Positions 1-13,062 are shown, counted from the first letter of the whole stretch. The stretch: DNA of 61,065 bases, filler included, from Sluysia triapertura (GCA_046118255.1; 4 parts of 4 records of this genome joined end to end with filler, not necessarily neighbours in it), one strand, 5' to 3'. Program-made: numbers and translations. The notes: a model not told the origin generated them from the sequence alone.

Positions 1-309
1 GAGCGCATTTGAAGTTTGAGCGGCGAAAAGTAAGGTATCCTATTCCTGTTGCATCTATGTAACGCTATTTGTCAAAAATTCAATAACATAATTAAATTAA
101 TTTTTTTTGAAAATCAGTTTGTAAACAGTTTGCAATATTATTTGGTATTATTAAAGAAAATAATTTATTGCTTGCTAAAAAAATTTATGTCTTATGAAAA
201 GCCCGGGCAGTGTCCGGCTTGCCCGTCTCTTTAAACGTTGTAATAATCAAACATTATATATAGAATGAATAATTTATTAAATTTTAAACTTGTCACTTGT
301 AATGTATAC

Positions 310-632
310 CGACCTTGATTACTCGATGATCCCCCTGTTTCGGTATCACTGGTCACACTTCCCGTACCTGCTCCATCTATATCACCCATAATACTGCTGC
401 TACTATCTCGAGAATGTTGCTGTTGTTGAAACAGTGCTGCAATTGGAGAATTTGGTGGACAATCTTGTAATACTTCATTAATAAGAGCTTGTCGTTCACT
501 ACGAGTAGCATGTGCAACAGCCTTTTCCACCACATTACTAGCAAATTTGTGGATACTCAATTCAACAATTCTACCCCGTAACAAATTCACTATTTTACTT
601 TTATCTTCTGTTTTACCATGTTCCAAGACATG
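310..632 (-). CDS. pum: Internal exon of Pumilio (end of PUF repeat 6, repeat 7, extended R7-R8 loop)
   Basis: Translates [55 protein letters not shown], with the repeat-7 signature [10 protein letters not shown]. Phase-0 acceptor tttttaag|CAT at 632. Donor CG|gtatac at 310, or G|gtcggt at 314. No other exons found in the window. Confidence 0.93.
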
Positions 633-1478
633 CTTAAAAATACACTACTATTAAAATCAATAACTCGTAGATAGCTCGAATGAAAAAATAAATATTGTTT
701 CAAGTTCGCATTTCGTAATTTTAAAAAATATAATTAACTAAATATAATTTCCCAATTGTTAATTATTTATCATAATTATGAAAAAATTAAAAATTACATT
801 ATCACACATTATTCTAAGCATTTCCAAACTATGTCAAATTTAACACATAACTACATATAAAGAGAAAATAATCTCCGATTTTATTTAATAAAATTTGTAA
901 TTTACATACCAATATTTTGTTAAAGTTTGGTTGAAAATAAAAATAGAATATAAGTTAACGATTAAAATCTTGACCTTTGAATTATCGATATATAAAAGGT
1001 ACTTTTAAATTTTCAATCAAATGTGCGAATGTGCTTAAAACGATGATTGTAAAGTAGATAGGGTTTTGTAATTTCAATTTTATGAAATTCAATATTTATA
1101 AAAAATTACTTTTTAATAATGTCTAATAATTTTTAATACTGCACAAATTAAATTATTTGCTTTAGTTATTCACAGTGTACAATTCGTAGATAGATCAAAT
1201 AAAAACAATTATTTTTTAATCCATACAAAATTTTATCTCCAATTGCGTTTAAGTTAATTTATCCAATTCATTGCATTATCTGATTTAGAAAGAACATCAA
1301 TAGAAAAAGAAACTAAATCACACTTTGTTAATTAATTGTTTTGTTTAATTGTCAAGCCGATCAGTTAGTATTAGTAAGTACACAAAATATACATATAAAT
1401 AGCTTTTTATTGTACTAATTTTTCATTGCACCTACTTTGTATATAGTAAGCGAAATTAATAATGAACATTAGATGATT

Positions 1479-1509
<31 letters not shown>

Positions 1510-2502
1510 TAATAATGTATCTTATTCTAGTTTTTTATCAAAAATTGTCAATTACATATATATGAATAAACTTAAATTATATAATAATTATTGTTATATT
1601 AAAATAATTTAATTAAAATGATATACACTAAAATCTCCAGCATTCACAATAACTTATTCGAAGCTTAAGAATTCAAAAATTAAGAAAAATACTTTTAATT
1701 TAAAAGAAAAATAAGCATAAAGAAAACAAACGAATTAAATTGATGTCACAATACTTAATTAACAAGTTATGGATNNNNNNNNNNNNNNNNNNNNNNNNNN
1801 NNNNNNNNNNNNNNNNNNNNNNNNNNNNNNNNNNNNNNNNNNNNNNNNNNNNNNNNNNNNNNNNNNNNNNNNNNNNNNNNNNNNNNNNNNNNNNNNNNNN
1901 NNNNNNNNNAAATTAAACATAATACTCATTCTTCATTTAAACTCATTATAATGCTTCATTTTAAAAATAATTAATAAGCTATAAACTTATTTTTAATATG
2001 TTAAGAATTATTAAGATTTAAGTTCGAACAGAAATAATAATTCTAATATTATTATTATGTTATTATTATTTCTATTATCATCATTACTATTCAGTTATAA
2101 CAAAGCCGAATTAATGTAAAACTCTATGTTATATACATGAATGCGAATAATATGTAATTAATTTAAATCATTAATAGTGGATTGAATTATTTAATTAATT
2201 TATATAACATTAGATTCACCTATTTATTTGGATTAATTTATTAGCTTTGAACTAAATTGATTTGGATTATTTATGGATTTATATGTTAATTATTGAATCA
2301 AAAACCTGTATAAGGAACAAAAAACAGCGCAAGATTCAAGCGAAATTTATCAAAATTTGTTGAACTTTATTAATTATTATTGTTCGAGAAATTATTCAGA
2401 CTGATCGCAGTTAGAACTTTTAATTACCGAGTTTTATCGAAATTTGTTGAACTTTATTAATACTACTAATACTACACTTGTAATACTTCAATTCAAACGT
2501 AT

Positions 2503-3060
2503 ACGGTGTCTCAAAAGTAACCGAACCGCAAACTTAAATAAAAATTAGACATCCGAAACGACAAATTTAATAGGTATATTTAGTATTTATAATTATTCAA
2601 AATGTCTACCTTGAACTTCAATACAAGCACATCTTTTGACAACACTGTGTCATACTTTCTGGCTAAAATCTCCTCTGAAATTTAGTTTCATTTGTGCTAA
2701 ATACTTTGTTTTAGTTGATCAATTGTCCTAGGATTTTAGCATAAACTACGTTCTGTACAACTGCCCATAGAAAAATCTAATCGTTTATCCGGGTATTCCT
2801 CATTTAGGACATGAAGATGAGGTCTGTGTGGTTTTAGACCAATGTCATGCAAGTTATTGTGGAGTGAGGTTCAAGGTTCAGCTCTTTCGATGCCTGTCGG
2901 ATAGATTTTTAGGACGACCTTCTTTAGGAGCATTTGACACATTTTCCACTTACTTCAAATTGAACATTGTCGGCACAGGTGTTCTGAAGTTTGCTTCTAT
3001 CTTTTTTCAGCATGTCCTTGCATAGTAATTCATAATAACGAAAATACGTTCGATTAAATC
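2503..3060 (-). mobile_element. Internally deleted mariner-like (maT/rosa-type) transposon relic
   Basis: TA followed by TIR-like CGGTGTCTCAAAAGTAA. The minus strand gives N-terminal ERIFVIMNYY..FEVSG/NVSNAPKEGRPK and C-terminal LDFFLWAVVQNVVYAK..RTIDQLKQSI..CIEVQGRHFE across frameshifts. Confidence 0.7.
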
Positions 3061-3519
3061 TAAAGTCCTTCGATGCAATTTTAAGAATGAGGGTCCAGAA
3101 GCGCACGCTGAACAAAAACAAACAATGCCGTCAAAACAAAATCAATAAGATCACGCGACAAGTCATTTCGCAGAAGGAAATGAATAGTAGCGAAGATCAC
3201 ATAAAATGGCATTAAAGAAACTACATTTGTCGTTTTTGATATATAATTATTATTTAGTAAAAATGGCAAAAACTACTTGCCAAATTATACAAAATAAAGA
3301 AAAACGCTATTACATTTTTATAATTAATTATAATTAACATTATTTTTACTACACCACGAAAATAATTAAAATATTAATGAAATAAAATGAACTAAAAATA
3401 GAAAACCAATAATCAAATTAGTATTTAAGATAAAATGATTTGTCATAAAAGTGTAACACGAAATTACTAACACAATATTACTTATTGTAGTATTGTTTCA
3501 ATTATTAATAACAAAGTGT

Positions 3520-3520
<1 letters not shown>

Positions 3521-3575
<55 letters not shown>
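3521..3575. repeat. (AAT)n microsatellite; others at ~1480, 11622, 12745, 13463, 23263, 24759
   Basis: Pure trinucleotide runs visible in the sequence. Confidence 0.95.
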
Positions 3576-3576
<1 letters not shown>

Positions 3577-4209
3577 TTAATGTTAAAAATCGATATACAA
3601 CTAAAAATGTTTATGTATATTTCATATTTAATAATGAAGACAAATACACATAATGTACGTGAATAATATAAATGTGGGTGTTTTAACTGCCGATTAGTAA
3701 TAAGAAATTGTGTGGTTCGCGTATTAAACTAAAAATGATATGATACATTTAAGTGATGAATATATCAATCTAAATCATTATTCAATCTACTTATTTAATT
3801 TTATAGTTTTATTCACTTTAGTCGTCTTGATATTAATCATACAATTATTTAGTTTATTATTAGCACAGTATATTGATTTTTGGAATTTATTTATTTTGTA
3901 ATGGTTCTATTATTTAAGTAAATTAATAACGTTCGTAATTAATATTGTTTCTTCTTCAGTTTGCTGATTACGTCATCAAAAATACTCAGTACTAAAGCAA
4001 TACTACCACTGCGTTCACAATGATTGTCTCATTTGAAACTTGTTGCTAACTTAACAACATATAAGATGACAATAGGAATCGTAAAATAATTCTTGGCAAG
4101 TAATTGTTCCTCAGTTTATAATAATTGTATAAATAACTAGCAATTTCTGAAATTTGTATACCAAAATAACCCGCTGCATTTTTCCTTTCAGTCCAAATAA
4201 CTTTAAATC

Positions 4210-4330
4210 ATGGAAATCAAACACGTTCTGGAGTAAAGTAAAGAAATTTAAGTGAAGAGATAAATGCGATCCTACAAACACTTCTCGTGCGATCTAACAA
4301 TAGGAAAGTGCCAAAAGGAACAATTAACAT
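4210..4330 (+). mobile_element. Possible N-terminal fragment of a DD39D (plant-mariner/Guest-like) transposase
   Basis: RNLSEE..NAILQTLLVRSNNRKVPKGTIN resembles, from memory, the LS.EER.AI.Q.LL..S..GKL..G start of DD39D transposases. Short, and no TIR seen. Confidence 0.35.
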
Positions 4331-4480
4331 GCAATTCGGAAGCAATTGAAACTGCTCACAATGTATTACGATATATATAATATAATATAATTTGTAATAA
4401 AATATTTTCTTAAATAAAAAAGTTGTCTAAAGCAAAATTGATGTTAATTTATATTGTATATAAAACTAACGAGGCAATTA

Positions 4481-4821
4481 TTAGGTTGGTGCATAAATTC
4501 GTGCGGTTTATTTGTTGCAAAGAAAAGACACCTACTTATTGTTTTAATTTATTTGGGTTGTATTCATGCAGCTGAATTATCTATTTAAATAATTTTAGAA
4601 TAACTTTCACTTTCGTTTCCCTCATTAAAATGGAGTATCAAGGTAAATAAAAATGAACATTTCCAGCATCTACTCCTTTTCTACTGTAATCAACATTTAA
4701 ACGCTGCAGAATATCTCACCGGTTGATTTAATAAATTCATTTTGTTATCTGGAATTTTTTGCATGGTTTTTATTCTTGATCAGTATGCATTTTTCATAAT
4801 TGCAAAAAACACACGAACTTT
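4481..4821 (+). mobile_element. Internally deleted mariner (DD34D), 5' part retained
   Basis: TA + TTAGGTTGGTGCATAAATTCGTGCGGTTT TIR. MEYQ/VNKNEHFQHLLL..NAAE transposase start. The 3' region matches the reverse complement of ~51555-51635. Partial right TIR. Confidence 0.8.
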
Positions 4822-5869
4822 AAATAGTATATAAATAATAAACATGAAATTAAGACTCTATGGCTACTTTTCAAATTACCAAAACAGTTTTTACATATCC
4901 CGATTTCCACTATCGCAATTTTTATAAATCATTAAAATTGATTTTGTGCAAACTTCTTTAAACTTACATTAAAAAAATAATTAATAAATTACGAAATATT
5001 AATTTTAACGTTATTTCCTTTGGATATGAAATTGTTAAAATTAGTGTAGTTTTTCTAAATAAAAATTGAGCATTTCAGTGAAATTTATTTTCATTTTGAT
5101 ATTTTGACATTTTTATAAGCACTATATATATATATATATATATATGAAGCATAACAGTACTTTTTATCACTTCTAATTCGAAATGCGTAAAATTTATGAA
5201 TGTGACCATCTGATTAAGTAGGCCATTTTTCTTAGTTGCACGAAAATTTAAAATGAAAACACGTTTACCTAAAGAAACCATTTACTCTTTCAGTTAAACA
5301 ATATCTACTGAAATTAAATTAGATCTAATTAGACATATTGGACGTTAACATAAAAAACCGAAAATTAAAGAAAGACATGTTTTGTGTATATTTCAGACTG
5401 ACCTCCACAGTCGATAACCAATCCAGTTTTTTATTGTCTAATTCTTAATTGGATGCGAAACGCAGAAGTTCTATCCAAAAACTAGTGAAATGATCATTGA
5501 TCTTTTTAGTTATTACATAATAGAAAGGATTATTATATTTATATTGAAAAAATTCCCATTTTCGATTAAATTAAAAATGTAATTTTAAATTGCTATACTT
5601 TTAATAAAATATTTTAAATACAAAGAAATTCAAAAATTTAACCTGGACCGAATAATAATAAAAACTTTATTATTCAAATTTCGAAAATATTATTATATTT
5701 CATTGAGTTGAAAATATGGTCAGCGAATTTAATATGTGGTACAAATACAAATACTTAAACTAAAAAGTACATAAAACTAGTAATCAAAATTTAACATCTT
5801 CAATGTACGTTTTGTCAATTTTAAATTTTATTGAACTTTATTATTATTATTATCATTATTATTATTATA

Positions 5870-6508
5870 TAGATTGTTATATTGATTCAAAAATGAACAT
5901 GGAAGAAAATATTAATTGTATTGTTAAAAAGTGTAAATATCAATTAAATAAAATATCACATATTCGAAAATTTATTAATAAAGAAACAGTTAAACTTATT
6001 GTTCATTGATAACTAGCAACATAGATTTAACAATGGTTTGTTGTACTCAATTTCATATAGAAAATTGAAAAAAATTACAATTAATAATTAAACAAGCAGC
6101 AAGACTAATTCTCCAAGTGGGAAGATCTCATGTAACACCTTATCTTAAGGAATTACATTGGTTAACAATAAAAGCAAGAATAGAATTCAAAATCGTGACA
6201 AATGCTTACATTACGGAAGTCTCGGATATATTTCAGAAATAATACGAAAATTGGAAACAAAGATGACTAATATTTCATTGAGACATAATAATCTATACAG
6301 AATCCAGTGATAATAAGAGCTAGGTGATAGGTTGTATACCGTTTCTGTTTCAAAAATAATCAACCAATTACCAGAGAATGTCAAATTACTGGAAGATTAT
6401 GAAATATTTTAGAAAAAGACAAAGTTCTTTCTGTTTCAGAAATTTTAAGCGCTTTTGAGTACTTATTTGGAAGTAAATATGATCGCAATATAAATCAATA
6501 TATTATTA

Positions 6509-6557
<49 letters not shown>
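5870..6557 (+). mobile_element. 5'-truncated L2/CR1-clade LINE (ORF2 C-terminus, 3' UTR, (ATT)n tail)
   Basis: IDSKMNMEENINCIVKKCKYQLNKISHIRKFI..KLQLII..AARLIL..HVTPYLKELHWLTIKARIEFKI..NQLPENVK, the typical L2 post-RT motifs (LHWL, NxLP), ending in a microsatellite tail. Confidence 0.88.
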
Positions 6558-6558
<1 letters not shown>

Positions 6559-7626
6559 TAGATAATTTCAGCTGTCTTCTTCAGTGTTTATTCTGCTCAG
6601 TTTCTGTATTTTCTATTGTATTTAAAATTTAATTATAATGTTTTAATTATTAATTTGTAGTTGTCACAAGCATCGGTTAATATAAAACAAGAATGATTCA
6701 AATCTTGAAAAATATTTACGTCATCCACAACCATCGAACCATTGTCATGGTGTATATGTTTAAACTTTTTTCAATGTTCAACTATAGAATACAAATGAAT
6801 GTAAATGTAATACAAATTCAAATATCATAAAATAAAAAATATTACAATCAATAAAATATATTTATATATTTATGGATCAATTGTGCTACCGATAATTGAC
6901 AACAACTGATGATAATATTATAAAATGTCACTTATCAGTTACAATGATGATGAAATACATATTAAATAAAAACGTTTTTATTATGTGAATTTTAAATTTA
7001 AGCAATAAAATGTCTTCTTTATTCTCGTTAATGAAATTATTGTATCAGATATCACAATATTTTTTGTGCAGTTAATTTTAAGTTAACATCAATAAATAAA
7101 ATATATGCTAATATTATCTACTTATTATTGAAAATAACTAAAACACAATCACATATTTAATATTTCGTTGTTACACAGTATAGTTGGACTCATTGTGACA
7201 AATAAATGCCATATCATTGTTTAAAAGTACATAAAATTGTTATTGTTATTTTGTAACAATATCATTTTATACTTATACAATTGGTTATATGGTAATTAAA
7301 ATGTTACTTTGTTTAGTGATGCTGTCTATAAATGTGATATTGTGTCAATATAACGTTTTAAAAGAAAATCAATTAATAAAATTAAAAAACTTAATTTGTA
7401 TTACAAAAGTGGGGGTAGTATTAAATGTAACAATACGAAAAAGGAATAATTATTCCAAAATTCCGCACTTATTGAATCACAAGACTTAATATTATTAACA
7501 TGCACTATTTCGTGATTGGTAGTTAATGTACTGTTAAAAGACATTAACAACAATTGAAATATGTTCTTCCGAAAAAATATTAAATAAAGAAACAAAGAAA
7601 ATGTTATTTAATTATTTTTAATGTAC

Positions 7627-8450
7627 ACCTTTTTTCAAAAGTATAGGACACATTATAAAAACTTTTTATTTAAGAGACTGTAGAACATATTGTACAAAAT
7701 TAGTATTTTATTGATACTAATACCTCTACACACCTTTTGTCATCGAATTAATCAATGCATTTACACTTTGTATTTCAATATTTTCCAATATTACATTTTT
7801 TAACTCAGATATATTGTTATACTGTTTTCCTTGACTGTCCACCTTAAAGGATAATAAATTTTCTATTGGATTGAGGTCAGGGGATCTTGCTGGCCACTCT
7901 AACACTTTTAGTCTATCTTCACTTAACTTATTAAGCGCAGTTTTAGATCCTACTGAAAGATGACATCGATATTTTCTGGAAGTTTGACATACGGAACTAC
8001 TACTTCTATTATCAAATCATAGTACTTATCACTATTAAGAATTGATGGAACCACACGTAAAGCTAGCTTTTTATCATAAATTATGGCATCCCATACCATA
8101 ACTGATCCTCCACCACAAATTCTCTTAGAAAATATTTCTTTTGAATCCTTTAGATCATAAGGACCATACAAATTAAATTTCTTCTCTTTTGAGAATATTA
8201 TCTTGGCCCAGTCAGTGTGGTTATTAATATGATTTGATGCAAAGTTAAATCTTGCCATTTTATGAGCATCGGTAAGTTTTAGTAAGGTTTAGCAAGCATC
8301 TTATTGAATTCGACCTCACCACTATTTTTTAATATTCTCCACGCAGTTTAGCTCTACATCTGACATTATGCGAGTTGTAGACATGTGTATTTTTTTCGCA
8401 TACCTTATTAAACTCATTTTCTGCCGATTAGCAAGTGTTATCCAAATAAT
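7627..8450 (-). mobile_element. Degenerate Tc1/Tc3-like (DD34E) transposon
   Basis: W.KIIFSKEKKFNLYGP (compare Tc3 FSDEKKFNLDGPD; first catalytic D is K), GGGSVMVW, IFQ*, EWPARSPDLNPIENL. Stops and deletions present. Confidence 0.92.
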
Positions 8451-8504
8451 TGGATATCGCAAATTTTGGTCTGTTTAATTTTTTTGGTAATATTTACATT
8501 TTTT

Positions 8505-8708
8505 GAGTTAAAAATGTAATATTGGATGCTTTGGAAAAAATTGAAATAAAAGGTGTAAATACATTGATTAATTCTATGACAAAAAGGTGCGTCGAGGTAT
8601 TGAAAAACTCGGGAACATCAATGAAATACTATTTTTGTACAATACGTTGTATGTTGTCTCTTCAATAAAATGTTTGTATAATGTGCCCTATTATACTTTT
8701 GAAAACAG
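8505..8708 (+). mobile_element. Inverted copy of the 3' end of the adjacent Tc3-like element
   Basis: Aligns with the reverse complement of ~7630-7807 (GAGTTAAAAATGTAATATTGGA..TTGATTAATTC.ATGACAAAA..TATACTTTTGAAAA). Confidence 0.8.
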
Positions 8709-9983
8709 TTCTTCTGAAGAGTCATTAAATAGTAAAAATAATATTTTATATTAAATGTTTCGTACATATTTAATAATAAACCAATACAAATGTAATTCGT
8801 TATTACTTAGTAACATTAAACAAATAATACAGTACAAGATCGAAGATACAATTTGCAATATTAAAAGATAAAATGTTTTAGTGTAATTTATATATATAAT
8901 TCTCGTACATTATTTTATGCCAATTGAAAAATTTTTTATATTATCATTGCAATAGTTGCTAAGTAATAAAAGAAATAAATATGCCAATGAAATATAAATA
9001 TTTGCTGTTTTTCCTCATCTTCATCAAACCACACCAGCACCATGTAAACTGTATTTTATNNNNNNNNNNNNNNNNNNNNNNNNNNNNNNNNNNNNNNNNN
9101 NNNNNNNNNNNNNNNNNNNNNNNNNNNNNNNNNNNNNNNNNNNNNNNNNNNNNNNNNNNNNNNNNNNNNNNNNNNNNNNNNNNNNNNNNNNNNNNNNNNN
9201 NNNNNNNNNNNNNNNNNNNNNNNNNNNNNNNNNNNNNNNNNNNNNNNNNNNNNNNNNNNNNNNNNNNNNNNAATATAATAATGATAATATAATAATGATA
9301 ATATAATAATAATAATGATAATATAATTATAATAATAATGTGAATTCACTCAGTTTAATTACACATTAAACAGCATTATCAATTAATAAAATGAAGCAAA
9401 ATTTATACAATGTGTTGCGAAAGAATAATTAATCAACTTGAAAATGAATTTCATACACATAATCATCATCATCATCATTATTTTCATTTCCATTTTCATT
9501 TAGATTAATTAAACATCATCTTGCCTCGCGACAGTGTAGCCAATAATAAATATCGATGTAAACGACAATAGTAATGTGTATTTGTTTTTCAAAAAATAGG
9601 TGGAGCAAAATCTATCTTTACAATTAATAATATTCTATAAATAAATTGATTATTTGAGAAGTACATAAGTAATATAGACTGAAATTTCTTACATTAGTTG
9701 CTTCATATAACAATTTGGAAATTGTTACTACTTTATGTTGTACTACTTAATTCGTTAATTCGTCGAATATGTCAGCAAAAAATGTCTTCAATGAGAAATT
9801 ATTCAGTCTATATTTCATTAAAATGTGACCTTGATGGCATTTTGAAAACAATTAAATAAATTATATGTACTTCTTCATTCTTCGTTCTTTGTATTGCATC
9901 TATATTTCTGTACTACCTTTGTTGTGAAAGGGATCTAACACCTAATAATAAATGATTTTGTTGAGCCACTACTAAATACACTA

Positions 9984-10340
9984 CAGTGGTGGCCAAATTT
10001 TTGTGATAAAATTCAACATTTTTCAAGGATACTATGAAACAGTTAATCAAATAAAAAGTGTTGGAAAATAACTACTTTCTCCAAAAAATTCTGGTGAAAG
10101 TAAAACACTGAGATCCAAAACGTACAGAAATTTTATTCAAGTAGAATGATAACACAGTTTACTACAAATCAAATACGTACTTCGTTTGCCCTCTTTTGTT
10201 ATCCAATAATTTCCACAGATGAGCTTGGGACACAAGTCTTTGATCTCGTCATCGTGATGCCATACTTTTATCAGGGTTTTGACAATCTCCCACAGATTTT
10301 CTATGGGATTCATATCTGGAGAGTTTCCAGGCTAGGGTAG
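9984..10340 (-). mobile_element. Tc1-family 3' fragment
   Basis: TA + CAGTGGTGGCCAAA TIR. The minus strand gives P*PGNSPDMNPIENLWEIVK..LIKVWHHDDEIK..GQTKY. Confidence 0.85.
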
Positions 10341-10842
10341 CAGAGAAAAACATATGTTTTAGTATAATAATTTGTCCACTAATGTATAAAAACAAAATTT
10401 TAATAATTTTAATAATAATAAATTTTAAGACATTGTTTATTAATTATTTTTAATTTTAATAAAGAAATTTTAAGACTTCGATTTTGTCTGGTTAACTTAA
10501 ATTGACCAATAATTAGACAAGTATTATTAATAGTATTATCAATCAAATTAGACCTGTCATAATTTTGTATTCTGCTCTTCTTCCCATTGATAATCAAGGT
10601 AATTCGGTAATCCTTTCAATACGATTTTTTTCTAAACAATACTTGCATCTACTTTTCAGTATAATAAGCACACTAATATACACACATAGATACAAGAAAT
10701 ATGTTCAGCATGTCATATTTTTAATTAATAATTGAGCGATTTCGTGGGATACATATATCTCGGTACAGTGTAAATTAAATAACGCTTTTCTTTGTTAGAA
10801 ATTTGGAAAGGAGTTACGATAAGAAATGTTTTTCAATGACTA

Positions 10843-11423
10843 AACATATTCCCCGAAAATAAGGTAGGAATCATATTACTTTTCACTCCAAAATATGACA
10901 CTAGGGCTTATTCTTTGGGGTTGTCCTATTTTCATCTATCGAAAAACAAAGTTAAAAAGTAGAGAATTATGATAGATAATATCTAACACATAGTCTAATT
11001 ATCTGTCGTGTTTTTCTGTTGGAACACAGATAATTTTTTGCAATCTTTAGTTGATTATTATGAATTTCATTTAAAATTCTGTCACAATGAACATTGTTAA
11101 TTTAACTGAATTTCATGGATATTTCTTTGATAATTGCTAATAAAATATTACTTGGAGGATTGTCTGAAACTGAATCACAATCAGAATCTTGTTGTAGTCA
11201 GACACACAATGACAGTGTCTCAGAATGTATTGTAATTTGAAGGTAATTGTGCTTTAAATGCAGAAGTTATGTGCTAAAGAATGCATTGAACACCATCTCA
11301 AACCATTCATCGACTTTTATTAGGTATCCTAATCGACTATAAACCAGAGCATATTTTAGGCGTAGGTATAAATTAAAATCATCCGGAAACATCACCCCAG
11401 GTGTTATTTTCGGAGAAACATGG
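10843..11423. mobile_element. Non-autonomous pogo/Tc2-like element
   Basis: Imperfect TIRs TTCCCCGAAAATAAG / TTATTTTCGGAGAAACATGG+TA, with a subterminal CTAGGGCTTATT motif like those I recall in Tc2/pogo-type elements. Confidence 0.6.
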
Positions 11424-11621
11424 TAGCTGTTATAATGACAAAATTTAATAAGATATTTATAATGAAATACAATAATTTATATATAGACCACACCAATATT
11501 TTAAACATATTTTTGTCATAAAATACATAATAACTGTGATTTGTTTTAATGCTTAAATTTCATCAGTTAGATGGTTCGAATTATTTTGAAAATAGAACTT
11601 ATTTTGGTTAATTTTGATCAA

Positions 11622-11699
<78 letters not shown>

Positions 11700-12246
11700 A
11701 CCATTGGACAATTTTGCAGAACTGCATTCTGGCGTGACATTTTCCTGTACACTACGTAGGATTGTGTATTGAATGTTTCAAAATATATCTTACTAAAACT
11801 ACTTATTGAGTAAATTTAGTGTAATTGTATTAATAAATGTAGTCAAATAAAAATAACAAAAGTGACATTTTTAAAACTCTTTTCTCAAACAAATCCGACT
11901 GTTGAGTCGTTAATTATTGGAGACAATTTTAAACGAAAAAGATCGACACAATAAGCTACAACATTTTCTAAACGTACATCCACGACAATTTATGTTCGTA
12001 AAGATTTTATTCGATTAAGTATCCAGGCCTTAACAATAAATAAACATTACTACCAAAATCGTACACGAATTTTAATTACTGCGACTAAAATGAAGAAAAT
12101 TATCAAAAAGATCTTAATTGAATTCATTTTGCATTGCTTTTGTGATATACAAGTACTTATAAATTGCATTTTAATGATAATCTACATGTAATTTCATTTA
12201 ATTTCCCAAAAAATAAAAAATTTGGGAACCAAGATGAATCATATAT

Positions 12247-12389
12247 ACAACCAGTACTACCAGAGAATGTCACATTACTGGAAGATTATGAAATATTTAA
12301 GAAAATGGCAGAGTTGTTTCTGTTTCAGAAATTTTAAGCGCTTTTGAATACTTATTTGGCAGTAAATATGATCGCAGTCAAAATCAATA

Positions 12390-12443
<54 letters not shown>
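12247..12443 (+). mobile_element. Second L2 3' end with (ATT)n tail
   Basis: Near-identical to 6361-6557 (TACCAGAGAATGTCA..AGCGCTTTTGA..TATGATCGCA..TCAATATATTATTATT). Confidence 0.88.
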
Positions 12444-12744
12444 CAGTGAAATAATGGTCCAATATTTTGAAATTTTCCAACTAAAATAAAATCTTCAAAA
12501 AAGCGTTATTTATTATTTTATACTGAGATTTAATCAATTTAATCTTTTTCAAAAGAAAACAAATCAATAAAAAATTAATACGATGATTAAGTCAAATTGA
12601 TTGATGGTTTTAATTTCTGATGCAAATCGAAACATATCAAATAGTACAACTTAGAGCGAAAGACAAAATCATAAATTTATCACAGTGTGCAACTTGATAT
12701 AGCTATTTAATTACATATTTTACAATATTAATATTAATAATAAT

Positions 12745-12791
<47 letters not shown>

Positions 12792-12882
12792 TAATATAAT
12801 TTATTAAAACACTAGGATTTAGAAAATTAAAATAATTTTAATTAATTTACGTGAAAATTATATTTAAAATAATAATCAGTAT

Positions 12883-12982
12883 NNNNNNNNNNNNNNNNNN
12901 NNNNNNNNNNNNNNNNNNNNNNNNNNTTAATTAATTAANNNNNNNNNNNNNNNNNNNNNNNNNNNNNNNNNNNNNNNNNNNN
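12883..12982. other. Artificial scaffold-joining spacer N44-TTAATTAATTAA-N44
   Basis: Exactly 100 bp; the 12-mer gives stops in all six frames. Identical spacers at 27556 and 49229. Confidence 0.97.
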
Positions 12983-12993
12983 AGTCAGTAAGA

Positions 12994-13062
12994 CCAATAC
13001 GTTGGTGGACTCACTTGACATTTTTAGTTTTATTCTTCGCATTACATACATTTCTTGCAATA
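12994..13062 (+). repeat. Dispersed repeat shared with ~27780-27842 (possible LTR sequence)
   Basis: CCAA(T/C)ACGTTGGTGGACTCACTT..TTTTATTC..CATTTCTTGCAATAT appears in both places. Confidence 0.6.

Noticed and set aside
200-226. GC-rich hairpin CGGGCAG..TTGCCCG as a Helitron 3' end
   Set aside because: No CTRR terminus at the expected distance, and only a single occurrence.
1769-1951. ORFs spanning N gaps (also 8981, 9056, 13979, 44640-44916)
   Set aside because: Artefacts of translating unknown bases.
12927-12938. TTAATTAATTAA palindrome as a piggyBac site or regulatory motif
   Set aside because: It is an artificial spacer centred in N runs and repeated identically three times.
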